Shown here: one piece after another, positions 1 through 8,992 of the stretch
Numbering within the stretch: the first letter of the stretch is position 1
Layout: each line of letters begins with the position of its first letter
Origin: an uncultured delta proteobacterium
Lineage (GTDB): Bacteria > Desulfobacterota > Binatia > UBA9968
Direction of reading: 5' to 3'
DNA length: 64,000 nt
NCBI GenBank assembly: GCA_963727625.1
Contig: CAVSHR010000012.1
Coordinates: forward strand, 128,001-192,000
Made by a program: the position numbers and the translations under genes
The notes under the pieces: model-generated
Seen by the model: only the letters and a program-made list of their open reading frames with translations
The model's database searches: none
Told to the model about the DNA's origin: nothing

Positions 1-793
1 CCGCTTGGCCGGTTAACGAGGCGCGCTTCTGCGCGAGATATTTTAGAAAGACGACTTGAAACTCCAGCGAATGTTCGCCGCGGTGGAGATATTCGTCGGC
101 GAAGCAATCGTCATCGTACCTGGCTTGCAAGCGGTTGACGAAGGCTCTATCGGTTTCCACCAGTCCCAGCGGGGTTTCGAAATCCTTGAGCGTCAAAATA
201 TACGGCGTTTGGCCGCCGCAGTGCGACGTGCCGAGCAGGATGTAGAGATCGGCGCCCTCGCTTTCGGCCAGAGATTTATATGCCCAAGCGTAGGCCGGAC
301 CGCCGCGCTGAAAATCGATATGCGGCGCGACGATCGCTTTGGGGGTCGAGCCGATTTTTTGCCACGCAGGCAGACCGGGTCCCGCCGGCTCGGCAAAATA
401 GTCTTCGAGCTGGCGAATCAACTCAACGGCATCAGCCTTATACACCCCGCCCACGTGGGCGGGGGCGCGCGTTGGCATGCGGCGGAATTCGCTAACGACC
501 GAAGCGCGGTAGTTACGAAAGCCCTCGCTCTGTAAATAGTAACGTTGATCGAGCATGGCGACGAAGCTATTTAGATCGTCGCTCGTCAGTAAAGAGCCGA
601 ATTGTTTGGCGTAAGCTGCTTGGATATCGACGTAGGAATGGCGCCCGTCAAAATGGGTTAGAATGAAATAACCCGGCGGCGAAAGCCCCAGCGGCGCGGC
701 AAAATTCAACGGATCTTTTAAATAGACCAGAGTTTTACCCTCTTGCTCGATAGGAAACGCTTCGATCGGGCGCAGTTTGGGCTTGTCGTCCAT
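1..793 (-). CDS. amrB: AmmeMemoRadiSam system protein B (MEMO1 family), 3' end outside window
   Basis: Not in ORF track. Manual minus-strand translation from ATG at 793: MDDKPKLRPIEAFP...AIVAPHIDFQRGGPAYAWAY...ILLGTSH...FETPLGLVETD...HRGEHSLEFQVVFL, the MEMO-family PH, G-x-S-H and EHSLE motifs. Confidence 0.9.
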   Translation of the reverse strand, partial: MDDKPKLRPIEAFPIEQEGKTLVYLKDPLNFAAPLGLSPPGYFILTHFDGRHSYVDIQAAYAKQFGSLLTSDDLNSFVAMLDQRYYLQSEGFRNYRASVVSEFRRMPTRAPAHVGGVYKADAVELIRQLEDYFAEPAGPGLPAWQKIGSTPKAIVAPHIDFQRGGPAYAWAYKSLAESEGADLYILLGTSHCGGQTPYILTLKDFETPLGLVETDRAFVNRLQARYDDDCFADEYLHRGEHSLEFQVVFLKYLAQKRASLTGQA

Positions 794-857
794 GGTCGCG
801 GAGCTAGCGCGCCCAATTCGAGGGCGGCCAGGTGAAACGGATCAGTAAAGTTTGCAG

Positions 858-1157
858 CTAGACGATCCCGAGCCGCTGCTTTGCTTCCTCGCTGATCATG
901 CTCGGATTCCACGGCGGCTCCCAGACCAGATCCACGGTGGCTTCACCGACGCCCTCCAGCGCCAAGATTTTTTGCTTGGCGTCGGCGGCAATCATGGTTC
1001 CCATGCCGCAACCAGGCGCGGTCAGCGTCATTTTTACCGCGACATTGCCGTCGGTAATTGCAACATCGTAGATCAATCCGAGGTCGACGATATTGACTGG
1101 AATTTCCGGGTCGTAACAGTCTTGCAATGCTTCATAGACCTGTTCTTTGGTAACCAT
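858..1157 (-). CDS. DUF59/SufT-PaaD-like Fe-S cluster assembly protein
   Basis: DPEIPVNIVDLGLIY, TLTAPGC and WEPPW motifs. Confidence 0.9.
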   Translation of the reverse strand: MVTKEQVYEALQDCYDPEIPVNIVDLGLIYDVAITDGNVAVKMTLTAPGCGMGTMIAADAKQKILALEGVGEATVDLVWEPPWNPSMISEEAKQRLGIV

Positions 1158-1198
1158 CTGATTGCTCCTTACAGGTAAACCGGCCAGTCGGCGCCATG

Positions 1199-2299
1199 TT
1201 AGCTGGAAACGATTTTGAGTCCCTGGGTTTTATTTGCCTGTTCCGACGCGATGGACAATTGCCCCGCCAATTTCGCGGCAATTTCCAAAAAGCACTTGCT
1301 CACTTCGCTGTGGGGATCTTGCACCAGGCTCGGCACGCCGTTGTCGGCGCCTTCGCGCAATGCTGGCGTGATCGGGATTTCGCCGAGATAGGGAATTTTG
1401 AATCGCACCGCGGCTTGCTGCACCCCGCCGCGCGAGAAAATCTCATGCTTCTTGCCGCAGCCGTCGCAAACAAAATAGCTCATGTTTTCGATGATGCCGA
1501 CAATCGGGATATTAACCTTGTCGAACATTGACTTGGCGCGCACCACGTCGGCGAGCGCGACGACTTGCGGCGTCGCCACTAACAGCGCGCCGCTGACTTT
1601 CAGTTGCTGGGAAAATGTGATTTGCACATCGCCCGTGCCCGGCGGCATGTCGACGACCAGATAGTCGAGATCGCCCCAATGAACATCCGCCATAAGCTGG
1701 TGCAACGCCTTGCCGAGCATGGGACCGCGCCAGATGACCGCCTGGTCGGGGTCGAGAAAAAAGCCGATCGACATCACCGGCAAACCATGCGCCATGGCCG
1801 GCTCGATCTTGTGAACGCCGCCTACCTCGATTTTTTTCGGCTCGCCTTTGACGCCCATGATAATCGGCACCGAGGGGCCATAAATATCGGCGTCGAGTAA
1901 ACCCGTCGCCGCCCCGTGCATTTTTAACGCAACGGCTAAATTGGCCGCGACGGTCGATTTCCCGACGCCGCCTTTGCCGGCCGCCACCAAGACGACATTT
2001 TTGACGGTGGGCAGCAAGTCAGTCTGGCCTGCCCCGGCCTTGCTGCCGCGCACCTGGGCGCCGAAATTGATCTCGACACCGCTTACGCCGGGAACCCGAC
2101 CGAGCGCTTTTTTGCAGTCGGTTTCAATCGATTCGCGCAGCGGACAAGCCGGCGTGGTCAATTCGACGGTGAAACGCACCAAGCCTTGGGCAATGGTTAG
2201 GTCTTTCACCATTCCCAGGCTGACGATGTCGCGATGCAGCTCGGGATCGTCGACTTTGCGCAACGCTTCGATCACTTGTTCTTGAGTCAAATTTTCCAC
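1199..2299 (-). CDS. apbC: Mrp/NBP35 (ApbC) Fe-S carrier ATPase with N-terminal DUF59
   Basis: GKGGVGKS P-loop, DADIYGPS, WRGPM, DMPPGTGD, ENMS..CxxC. Confidence 0.95.
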   Translation of the reverse strand: MENLTQEQVIEALRKVDDPELHRDIVSLGMVKDLTIAQGLVRFTVELTTPACPLRESIETDCKKALGRVPGVSGVEINFGAQVRGSKAGAGQTDLLPTVKNVVLVAAGKGGVGKSTVAANLAVALKMHGAATGLLDADIYGPSVPIIMGVKGEPKKIEVGGVHKIEPAMAHGLPVMSIGFFLDPDQAVIWRGPMLGKALHQLMADVHWGDLDYLVVDMPPGTGDVQITFSQQLKVSGALLVATPQVVALADVVRAKSMFDKVNIPIVGIIENMSYFVCDGCGKKHEIFSRGGVQQAAVRFKIPYLGEIPITPALREGADNGVPSLVQDPHSEVSKCFLEIAAKLAGQLSIASEQANKTQGLKIVSS

Positions 2300-2511
2300 G
2301 GCACTCCTTCCACCTAAAAAGTATTGACTTATAAGGTCTACGATGTCAACAGCGCTCTACCGCGCTAACAATCGCTCTACGACGACGTCCAAATGCTGAG
2401 CGCGCGGCGCTGCGCAAGAGCGAGAAATGTCGGCGCAACTTGATGGGCCAAAAGCGTTTTGCTACTATCAGAGCGTCTCTAAATTGTTTATTTTGATCTT
2501 CAGGAGTCACT

Positions 2512-3216
2512 ATGAAAAAATCTCTGCCGACATTGTTCGCGGTCTTGGTTTTGAGCGCACTAATGGGCTGCGCCGGTGGTAGTTTAACGACGCGCGAAAA
2601 AGGCGCTGGGATCGGCGCCCTAGGCGGCGCGGCGGCCGGCGGCATTATCGGCGCGGCGGTCGGCCATCCGGGCGCGGGGGCGGCGATCGGCGGCGCCCTC
2701 GGATTAGGCACCGGCGCGGTCGTCGGCGATCAACTCCAAGGCCAGGAAAATAAACAAAAGGAGCAACAGAAGGCCCTCGATCAGCAGCGCGCGGAGATCG
2801 ATAAGAACCGCGCCCTGATCGAAGAGCTGAAAAAGCGCAATGTCGAAGCGCGCGAAACCAGCCGCGGCGTCCTGGTTAATCTGCCGAGCGTCAACTTCCA
2901 GTTCGACAGTTCCGACTTGACGCCCGATGGCAGATCGAAAGTCAATCAGATCGCTAACATCATCCGCCGCGATGCGCCTAATCGACGCGTCACGGTCGAA
3001 GGCCACGCCAGCCGTGAAAGCGCCGCTCAGGAAGCCTACAACCAGCGTCTATCGGAACGGCGTGCGAATACCGTTGCGGATGCGCTGGAGCGCGATGGCG
3101 TGAACGGCCGAAACATCTCCGCCCAGGGTCTCGGAACGCGCGCGCCGGTCGCCTCCAACGATACGGAGAGCGGCCGGCAACAAAATAGGCGCGTCGAAGT
3201 GATTATCGAGAACTAA
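2512..3216 (+). CDS. OmpA-family lipoprotein with glycine zipper
   Basis: Lipobox LMGC, glycine zipper, C-terminal OmpA domain (NQRLSERRA, GRQQNRRVE). Confidence 0.9.
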   Translation: MKKSLPTLFAVLVLSALMGCAGGSLTTREKGAGIGALGGAAAGGIIGAAVGHPGAGAAIGGALGLGTGAVVGDQLQGQENKQKEQQKALDQQRAEIDKNRALIEELKKRNVEARETSRGVLVNLPSVNFQFDSSDLTPDGRSKVNQIANIIRRDAPNRRVTVEGHASRESAAQEAYNQRLSERRANTVADALERDGVNGRNISAQGLGTRAPVASNDTESGRQQNRRVEVIIEN

Positions 3217-3794
3217 GGCTGGCCGAATCGCGGCTCGGTGCCGGCGAGCAGGCGCTGAACATTGGCGCGATGGCGCAGGATCACCATCGCGCCAAAAAAC
3301 GCGCCCATGCCTATCAGCGGCGGCGGATAGGACAAAAACCAGAGAGTAATGGGCGCCGCCGTGGCGGCGGCGATGGAACCCAGAGAAACGATCCGGCTGA
3401 TTAGAAGCGCGCTACCAAACACACCCATCAAAATCAAAGTCGCCAACGGCGCCACCACAAGCAACGCCCCCAGCGCCGTGGCCACCCCTTTACCGCCGCG
3501 AAACTTTAAGTACACCGGATATATGTGGCCTAGGAATGCGGCGACGGCCACCCATGCAACCGCCTCGTAATCGAAGCCGAGCTGAAGGACTAGAAAGACC
3601 GGCAAGAATCCCTTCGCCGCATCCGCGAGCAGCGTCAATACGCCCCTACCTTTCCCCAAAACGCGGGCCACATTGGTCGCGCCAATATTGCCGCTACCGG
3701 CGCTCCTGACGTCGATTCCCGCGAAGGTTCCAATGATAAAACCGCTGGGGACCGATCCCACCAAGTAAGAAATTATCATCGCCAGGATTTTCAT
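3213..3794 (-). CDS. plsY: Glycerol-3-phosphate acyltransferase PlsY
   Basis: GSGNIGATNVAR, FRGGKGVAT, RHRAN motifs. Confidence 0.95.
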   Translation of the reverse strand: MKILAMIISYLVGSVPSGFIIGTFAGIDVRSAGSGNIGATNVARVLGKGRGVLTLLADAAKGFLPVFLVLQLGFDYEAVAWVAVAAFLGHIYPVYLKFRGGKGVATALGALLVVAPLATLILMGVFGSALLISRIVSLGSIAAATAAPITLWFLSYPPPLIGMGAFFGAMVILRHRANVQRLLAGTEPRFGQP

Positions 3795-3822
3795 CGTAGC
3801 CGGCAAACGGAAGGCGAGATGT

Positions 3823-4386
3823 TCAGAAGCGCAGTTTCGTCCTGCGCCGTCGCTCTCGACGCAGATAGTAATTGCCTCCGCCGATCCAACCGATTAAAAA
3901 GAACGCCGTGGCGATAGCAGCGCCGATCAATACCTCTTGTTCATGGCCTTCTAACATCTGTAGAATCGAGGGCGATTTCTTCGGCTGAGATTTTGAATCA
4001 GCGGGGCGCTCGACTGGAACGCCTGGGATGCTTTGCGATGGCGCCTTCGATGGGTCAATGTCAGCCGTCGCTTTAGCTTTCGCCACTGGTAGATTCGAGG
4101 CATCCCCTGCTGCCAGCAAAAAGGATCTAGCCGAAAAATCCCCAGCCTGACCGCCGAGCAAAACGGCAATGAGCGAGCTTTGCTCTTTGTCACCGGTGGG
4201 TGGATGAATCCTTTCTCTAAAATGCGGCGCAATCGCGCGACGCGTCGCCGATGGGGCGTTGGCTCGCGCCGAAGGCGTATCGGAGTCGGATGTTCCGCCT
4301 GCGCCCGACACCGCGCCGAATTCATAAAAAAACAGCAATATGCTGACCGGAATCACCAGCAGTTGGACCAGCCGCGCGTGCAACAT
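3823..4386 (-). CDS. Hypothetical membrane-anchored protein
   Basis: N-terminal hydrophobic segment, low-complexity middle, C-terminal TM helix followed by an Arg-rich tail. Confidence 0.5.
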   Translation of the reverse strand: MLHARLVQLLVIPVSILLFFYEFGAVSGAGGTSDSDTPSARANAPSATRRAIAPHFRERIHPPTGDKEQSSLIAVLLGGQAGDFSARSFLLAAGDASNLPVAKAKATADIDPSKAPSQSIPGVPVERPADSKSQPKKSPSILQMLEGHEQEVLIGAAIATAFFLIGWIGGGNYYLRRERRRRTKLRF

Positions 4387-4453
4387 TTGCCTAATTTAAC
4401 ACAAGCGTTCCAAAACTCTCAATCTTTTAATGACATGGAACCTTCGCCGAAAA

Positions 4454-4491
4454 CAAAAATGCCCTGCGCGGAAGTTAGCCGGACAGGGCAT
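4454..4491 (-). terminator. Rho-independent terminator after cupin gene
   Basis: ATGCCCTG...CAGGGCAT stem followed on the minus strand by a T-rich run. Confidence 0.6.
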
Positions 4492-4515
4492 CGATCGCGG
4501 GGAAATGCAGGCAGC

Positions 4516-5613
4516 TTAATTAGCCGGTTTCTTATAGAAATCAGGATTCATTTTGGTGGTGGTTCCCGACTTGGCAAGCTCCTCTTCGAACATTTTGCGG
4601 ATCCACGGCGCTTCGTCATAATACTCGATCTGGTTGCCGCCTTGTTTGACGTCTTTATCGACCTTGGTTATATCGCCAAAGCCTTCGCCGAGGCTGTATT
4701 TGATGCCACCCAGGCGCGGCGGCAGATAGCGGGCCCCCGTGGCGCCAATGTTGAAGTGCTGGTGAAACATCATCGCGGGCGGCGTGAAAACACTGCCATC
4801 CTGCCAGTCATAGCGCTTTGGCTCTTCTCCCTGGCGCCAGAACAACGAGAAGCCTTGGCCTTTGATGACGATGACATTGAAACCAGGTCCGTGGCGATGG
4901 GCTTTCTTATACGTGCCGACCGGAAATTCCGAAATGTGCGCCGCCATGGAACCGCCGGCTAATTCCAACATGACGTTCTTTCCGGCCGCGCCCCGCTCCT
5001 TCCAATCCTCGAGGGCAAAACTGCGCGCGTCGGCAATGAAGTTGGTGTCCCACACCCGGCCGGGATAGGCTTTGCCTTTGCCGCTGAAGTAATCCGGATC
5101 GCCGTCGAAACGCTCGGTGAAATCCCGCGGAGTGTTGAAGATAAAATCCGCGTTGTGAAACAAATTAAAGACGATCGGCATGCTGTTGACGGAGAAAAAT
5201 CTGGCAGGCTCGCTGCCCGTACCATTGAAGTGCTGATACCAGCTGTTAAGCGGCAACGCGAACAGGCTTCCCTCCTGCCATTCAAAGGTCTGTTTGGCGC
5301 CATTATCGTTCCATATCGTCGTCGCACCGCGCCCTTTGAGAACAAAAATCAGATCTTCATAGAGGTGTCTTTGCGGGTTAGTGTGTTTGCCCGGCGCAAT
5401 TTCCAGCACGTAGGCGCCCGTCGCTCCTTCCGCGCCTTCCATGTTGATAAACGCGCCATTACCACCGGTTCTGTCCCAAGGTTTCAACTCAACCTTTTTA
5501 AGATCCTGAACGAAAAAAGTTTTAACGATCGGAATTCCCTCGCCCATTTGCCATTTATCGTAGTAGGGAATGTTATCCATCACATTGTCAAATTGCACTG
5601 CCGGTTTGGACAT
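4516..5613 (-). CDS. Bicupin protein (gentisate-dioxygenase-like fold)
   Basis: Two cupin motifs (PQRHLYE...WYQHFN; KAHRHGP...FHQHFN); ATG preceded by GGAGGA. Confidence 0.8.
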   Translation of the reverse strand: MSKPAVQFDNVMDNIPYYDKWQMGEGIPIVKTFFVQDLKKVELKPWDRTGGNGAFINMEGAEGATGAYVLEIAPGKHTNPQRHLYEDLIFVLKGRGATTIWNDNGAKQTFEWQEGSLFALPLNSWYQHFNGTGSEPARFFSVNSMPIVFNLFHNADFIFNTPRDFTERFDGDPDYFSGKGKAYPGRVWDTNFIADARSFALEDWKERGAAGKNVMLELAGGSMAAHISEFPVGTYKKAHRHGPGFNVIVIKGQGFSLFWRQGEEPKRYDWQDGSVFTPPAMMFHQHFNIGATGARYLPPRLGGIKYSLGEGFGDITKVDKDVKQGGNQIEYYDEAPWIRKMFEEELAKSGTTTKMNPDFYKKPAN

Positions 5614-5852
5614 AATTTCCTCCAATGAAACTCTGTTTGGTTCATATCGTATACAACCTGCAAAAGCAAGTTAGCGTGGCTACGAAAAAATTTTCGATCA
5701 CAGGCGCTATACTGTCAATTTTACGGCTAAAAAAGCCCAGATAGCATTGACAACCCAGCTCAAACTCTACTAAATGGCAACTTAATGTGTTAGTCGCGCT
5801 ATCTGACCTCAACCGTGAACGGGCGGATAGGTCAAAAAGAAGGAGACAAGCC

Positions 5853-6068
5853 TTGGCTACAACGGTCGAAGCACCCATGGTGGGCAAGATTCTAAAGATT
5901 GAGAAAAACCTCGGCGACCATGTCGATGAAGACGAAGTGATCATTGTAATGGAAGCGATGAAGATGGAGATTCCTATCGTCGCGCCGGCTAGTGGAACGG
6001 TGAAAGAGTTAAACGTTTCAGTCGGTCAAGCCGTAGAAGCCGAGCAAGCGCTCGCCGTCATCGAATAA
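5853..6068 (+). CDS. Biotin carboxyl carrier protein of Na+-translocating decarboxylase
   Basis: EAMKM biotinylation motif; TTG start after AGGAG RBS. Confidence 0.9.
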   Translation: MATTVEAPMVGKILKIEKNLGDHVDEDEVIIVMEAMKMEIPIVAPASGTVKELNVSVGQAVEAEQALAVIE

Positions 6069-6121
6069 TCCCGCCGGTCAAGTTCGCGATTTCCGTAAGA
6101 GATAACCTAAGGAGAGCCCTC

Positions 6122-6268
6122 ATGGATACTTGGACGTTCGGCCTGACCTTGGCAGTGATAGGCATGATCGGAACCATGTTGCTGCTGTGGATTCTAAGCC
6201 TGCTCATCCTGCTCATGAAAAAGGTCTTTCCGGCTCAACCCGAAGAATCGGCGGCTAAGAAAGGCTGA
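6122..6268 (+). CDS. OadG-like (gamma/delta) small membrane subunit of Na+-translocating decarboxylase
   Basis: Not in ORF track. 48 aa MDTWTFGLTLAVIGMIGTMLLLWILSLLILLMKKVFPAQPEESAAKKG, AAGGAG RBS, single TM, located between biotin carrier and beta subunit. Confidence 0.8.
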   Translation: MDTWTFGLTLAVIGMIGTMLLLWILSLLILLMKKVFPAQPEESAAKKG

Positions 6269-6277
6269 TCTTACCTC

Positions 6278-7426
6278 ATGGAATCCGCGCTCGTTTCCGG
6301 TGTTCAAGGACTGTTTCTGGGAGTTTTGAATCTCGGACCAGGTCATGTCGTCATGATCCTGATCGGATCGTTGCTGCTCTATTTGGGCATCAGCAAGGGC
6401 TACGAGCCTCTGCTTCTGGTGCCCATCGGTTTTGGCGCGATCCTGGTCAACATTCCGCTTTCCGAAATGATGGCGGATGGCGGATTTATTCGCTACTTCT
6501 ACGATAACGGTGTGCGCACCGAGGTATTCCCGCTGCTGATTTTTCTCGGCATCGGCGCCATGACTGATTTCAAACCGTTATTGGAGAACCCCAAGATCAT
6601 CTTGCTCGGCGCCGCCGGTCAATTTGGTATCTTCATCACGCTGTTGCTCGCTCTCGCCTTGGGATTCGACAAGCTCGACGCCGTCGCCGTCTCGATCATC
6701 GGCGCCTGCGACGGGCCGACCGCGATCTACGTCAGCTCAAAATTCGCGCCGCATATGCTTGGCGCCGTGTCCATCGCCGCCTATTCTTACATGTCTTTGG
6801 TACCGCTCATTCAGCCCCCTATTATGCGCGCCCTGACCACCGAGAAGGAAAGACAAATCATCATGGGGGCAGCCAAAAGCCAACCCATATCGAAGACGAC
6901 CAAGATTGTCTTCCCCATCGCCGTCACCGTTTTCGCCTCGATTCTGGCTCCCAAAGGCGCGCCCTTGATCGGCACCATCATGCTCGGCAACTTGATGCGG
7001 GAGTGCGGCGTCGTCGACCGGTTAAAAAGCGCTTCGGAAAACGAGATCACCAATATCGTTACGCTGCTTCTCGGTCTTTGCATCGGTGCGACTATGGAGG
7101 CGGAGAAATTTCTCCGCGGTGAGACCCTGCTGGTCTTGGCGCTCGGCTTCGTCGCGATCAGTCTTGACACGGCGGTCGGAGTGCTATTCGGCAAGCTGAT
7201 GTGCCTCATGACGGGCGGCAAGATTAACCCGCTCATCGGCGCCGCCGGAATATCGGCGTTCCCTATGTCGGCGCGCGTGGTGCAGACGGAAGGGCAGAAG
7301 TACAATAAAAAAAGCTATCTCTTAATGCACGCCATGAGCGCCAACGCCGGCGGCCAGATCGGTTCGGTCATCGCGGCAGCGGTCATGCTCTCGGTTCTCC
7401 AGGGAATGGGAATTGTCGGCCAGTAA
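6278..7426 (+). CDS. Na+-translocating decarboxylase beta subunit (OadB/MmdB/GcdB family)
   Basis: YEPLLLVPIGFG, FPLLIFLGIGAMTDF, GACDGPT, AYSYMSLVPLIQPP, INPLIGAAG. Confidence 0.95.
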   Translation: MESALVSGVQGLFLGVLNLGPGHVVMILIGSLLLYLGISKGYEPLLLVPIGFGAILVNIPLSEMMADGGFIRYFYDNGVRTEVFPLLIFLGIGAMTDFKPLLENPKIILLGAAGQFGIFITLLLALALGFDKLDAVAVSIIGACDGPTAIYVSSKFAPHMLGAVSIAAYSYMSLVPLIQPPIMRALTTEKERQIIMGAAKSQPISKTTKIVFPIAVTVFASILAPKGAPLIGTIMLGNLMRECGVVDRLKSASENEITNIVTLLLGLCIGATMEAEKFLRGETLLVLALGFVAISLDTAVGVLFGKLMCLMTGGKINPLIGAAGISAFPMSARVVQTEGQKYNKKSYLLMHAMSANAGGQIGSVIAAAVMLSVLQGMGIVGQ

Positions 7427-7438
7427 ACCAGTAACGCC

Positions 7439-8992
7439 ATGGCGCAAACCCGAGAAGAACTCGAAAATAAGCTCGCGGCGCTGGAGAAAGTCGCCCTCGA
7501 TGCAGATCCCAAGGCCGCCGCCAAACAGCGCGCCGAAGGCAAGCTGACCGCCCGCGAGCGCATCGACAAGCTCCTCGACCCCGGCACCTTCGTTGAAGAG
7601 TTCATGCTCGCCGAAACCCAGTGCAGCGATTTCGGCATGGCGGAAAAAAGACTGCCGTCCGACGGCGTGGTCACAGGCTTTGGCAAGATTGACGGCAGGC
7701 CCGTCTACGTCTATTCGCAGGAGCGCGCCGTGCTCGCCGGCAGCGTCGGCAGCGCCCATGCGGAAAAAATCGCCTATGTGATTCAAACCGCGCGCAAGCT
7801 CGGCGTACCGGTCATCGGCTTGAACGATTCCGCCGGCGCGCGCATCCAGGAAGGCTTGTCCGTCACCTCGGCGATCGGCAAGATCTTTTTCGAAAACAGC
7901 ATCGCTTCCGGTTGTATCCCGCAAATCTCTGCGATCATGGGACCCTGCATCGGCGTCGGTTCCTACTCGCCGGCGCTCACAGACTTCATCATCCAAGTGC
8001 AGAACACCAGTCAGATGTTCATCACCGGCCCGGCGGTGATCAAGGAAGTCCTCGGCGAGACGGTCACGATGGAAGAATTGGGTGGCGCGAAAATCCATTC
8101 CGAAGTTTCCGGCGTAACCGATCTGGTCGCCAAAAATGACGCGGAATGTCTGGCGACCATCAGAAAGCTCGTCGGCTTCTTGCCTTCAAGCTTCGAATCC
8201 TCGCCGCCCCGCAAGGAGAGCGGCGACGACCCGGCGCGTGCTCTCGACTCGCTCGTGAAAATCGTTCCCGACGACATGAAGCGAGCCTACAATATCATTC
8301 AAGTCATCAAGGCGATCGTCGACGACGGCGACTTTCTCGAGTTAAAAGCGAAGTTCGCGCGCAATCTGGTCATCGGTTTTGGCCGGCTCGACGGTTACCC
8401 GGTCGGTTTCGTTGCCAATCAGCCGATGTTCCTTGCCGGCAGCCTCGACGTCGACGCTTCGGATAAGGCTGCACGCTTCATCCGCTTCTGCGACGCGTTT
8501 AACATTCCGGTGATCACCTTGATGGACGTCCCAGGCTTTTTCCCGGGCAAACAGCAAGAGGAAAAAGGCATCATCCGACACGGCGCTAAAATGCTCTACG
8601 CTTACGCTGAAGCGACGGTGCCAAAAATCACCGTCGTGTTGCGCAAAGGCTATGGCGGCGCCAAACAGGCGCTGTGCACCCGCGAAATGGGCGCGGATCA
8701 GCTGTTTGTTTGGCCCGGAGTAGAACTGGCGGTCATGGGTGGTGGCGGCGCGGTCAACGTGCTTTACCGTCGCGAGATCGAGCAGTCGGCTGACCCGGCG
8801 CAGACCCGCGCGGAAAAAATCGCGCAGTTTCAGGAGCGATTCAACGGACCTTTCGAAGCCCTTTCAAAGCAATTCGCCCACGCCGCGATCCGGCCGGGCG
8901 AGACGCGCCGGCGCCTGATTCAATCTCTGGAAATTTTACGCTCTAAAAAAGAAGAAAGACCGCGTAAAAAACACGGCATCATGCCGGTGTAG
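7439..8992 (+). CDS. Acyl-CoA carboxyltransferase / decarboxylase alpha subunit (MmdA/PccB family)
   Basis: GKLTARERI, DGVVTG, SAGARIQEG, DVPGF, GIIRHGAK, KKHG. Confidence 0.9.
   Translation: MAQTREELENKLAALEKVALDADPKAAAKQRAEGKLTARERIDKLLDPGTFVEEFMLAETQCSDFGMAEKRLPSDGVVTGFGKIDGRPVYVYSQERAVLAGSVGSAHAEKIAYVIQTARKLGVPVIGLNDSAGARIQEGLSVTSAIGKIFFENSIASGCIPQISAIMGPCIGVGSYSPALTDFIIQVQNTSQMFITGPAVIKEVLGETVTMEELGGAKIHSEVSGVTDLVAKNDAECLATIRKLVGFLPSSFESSPPRKESGDDPARALDSLVKIVPDDMKRAYNIIQVIKAIVDDGDFLELKAKFARNLVIGFGRLDGYPVGFVANQPMFLAGSLDVDASDKAARFIRFCDAFNIPVITLMDVPGFFPGKQQEEKGIIRHGAKMLYAYAEATVPKITVVLRKGYGGAKQALCTREMGADQLFVWPGVELAVMGGGGAVNVLYRREIEQSADPAQTRAEKIAQFQERFNGPFEALSKQFAHAAIRPGETRRRLIQSLEILRSKKEERPRKKHGIMPV

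Noticed and set aside
56-535. 159-aa plus-strand ORF and many similar overlapping ORFs in the track
   Set aside because: Antisense or off-frame shadows of well-supported genes (here MEMO1); common in GC-rich DNA
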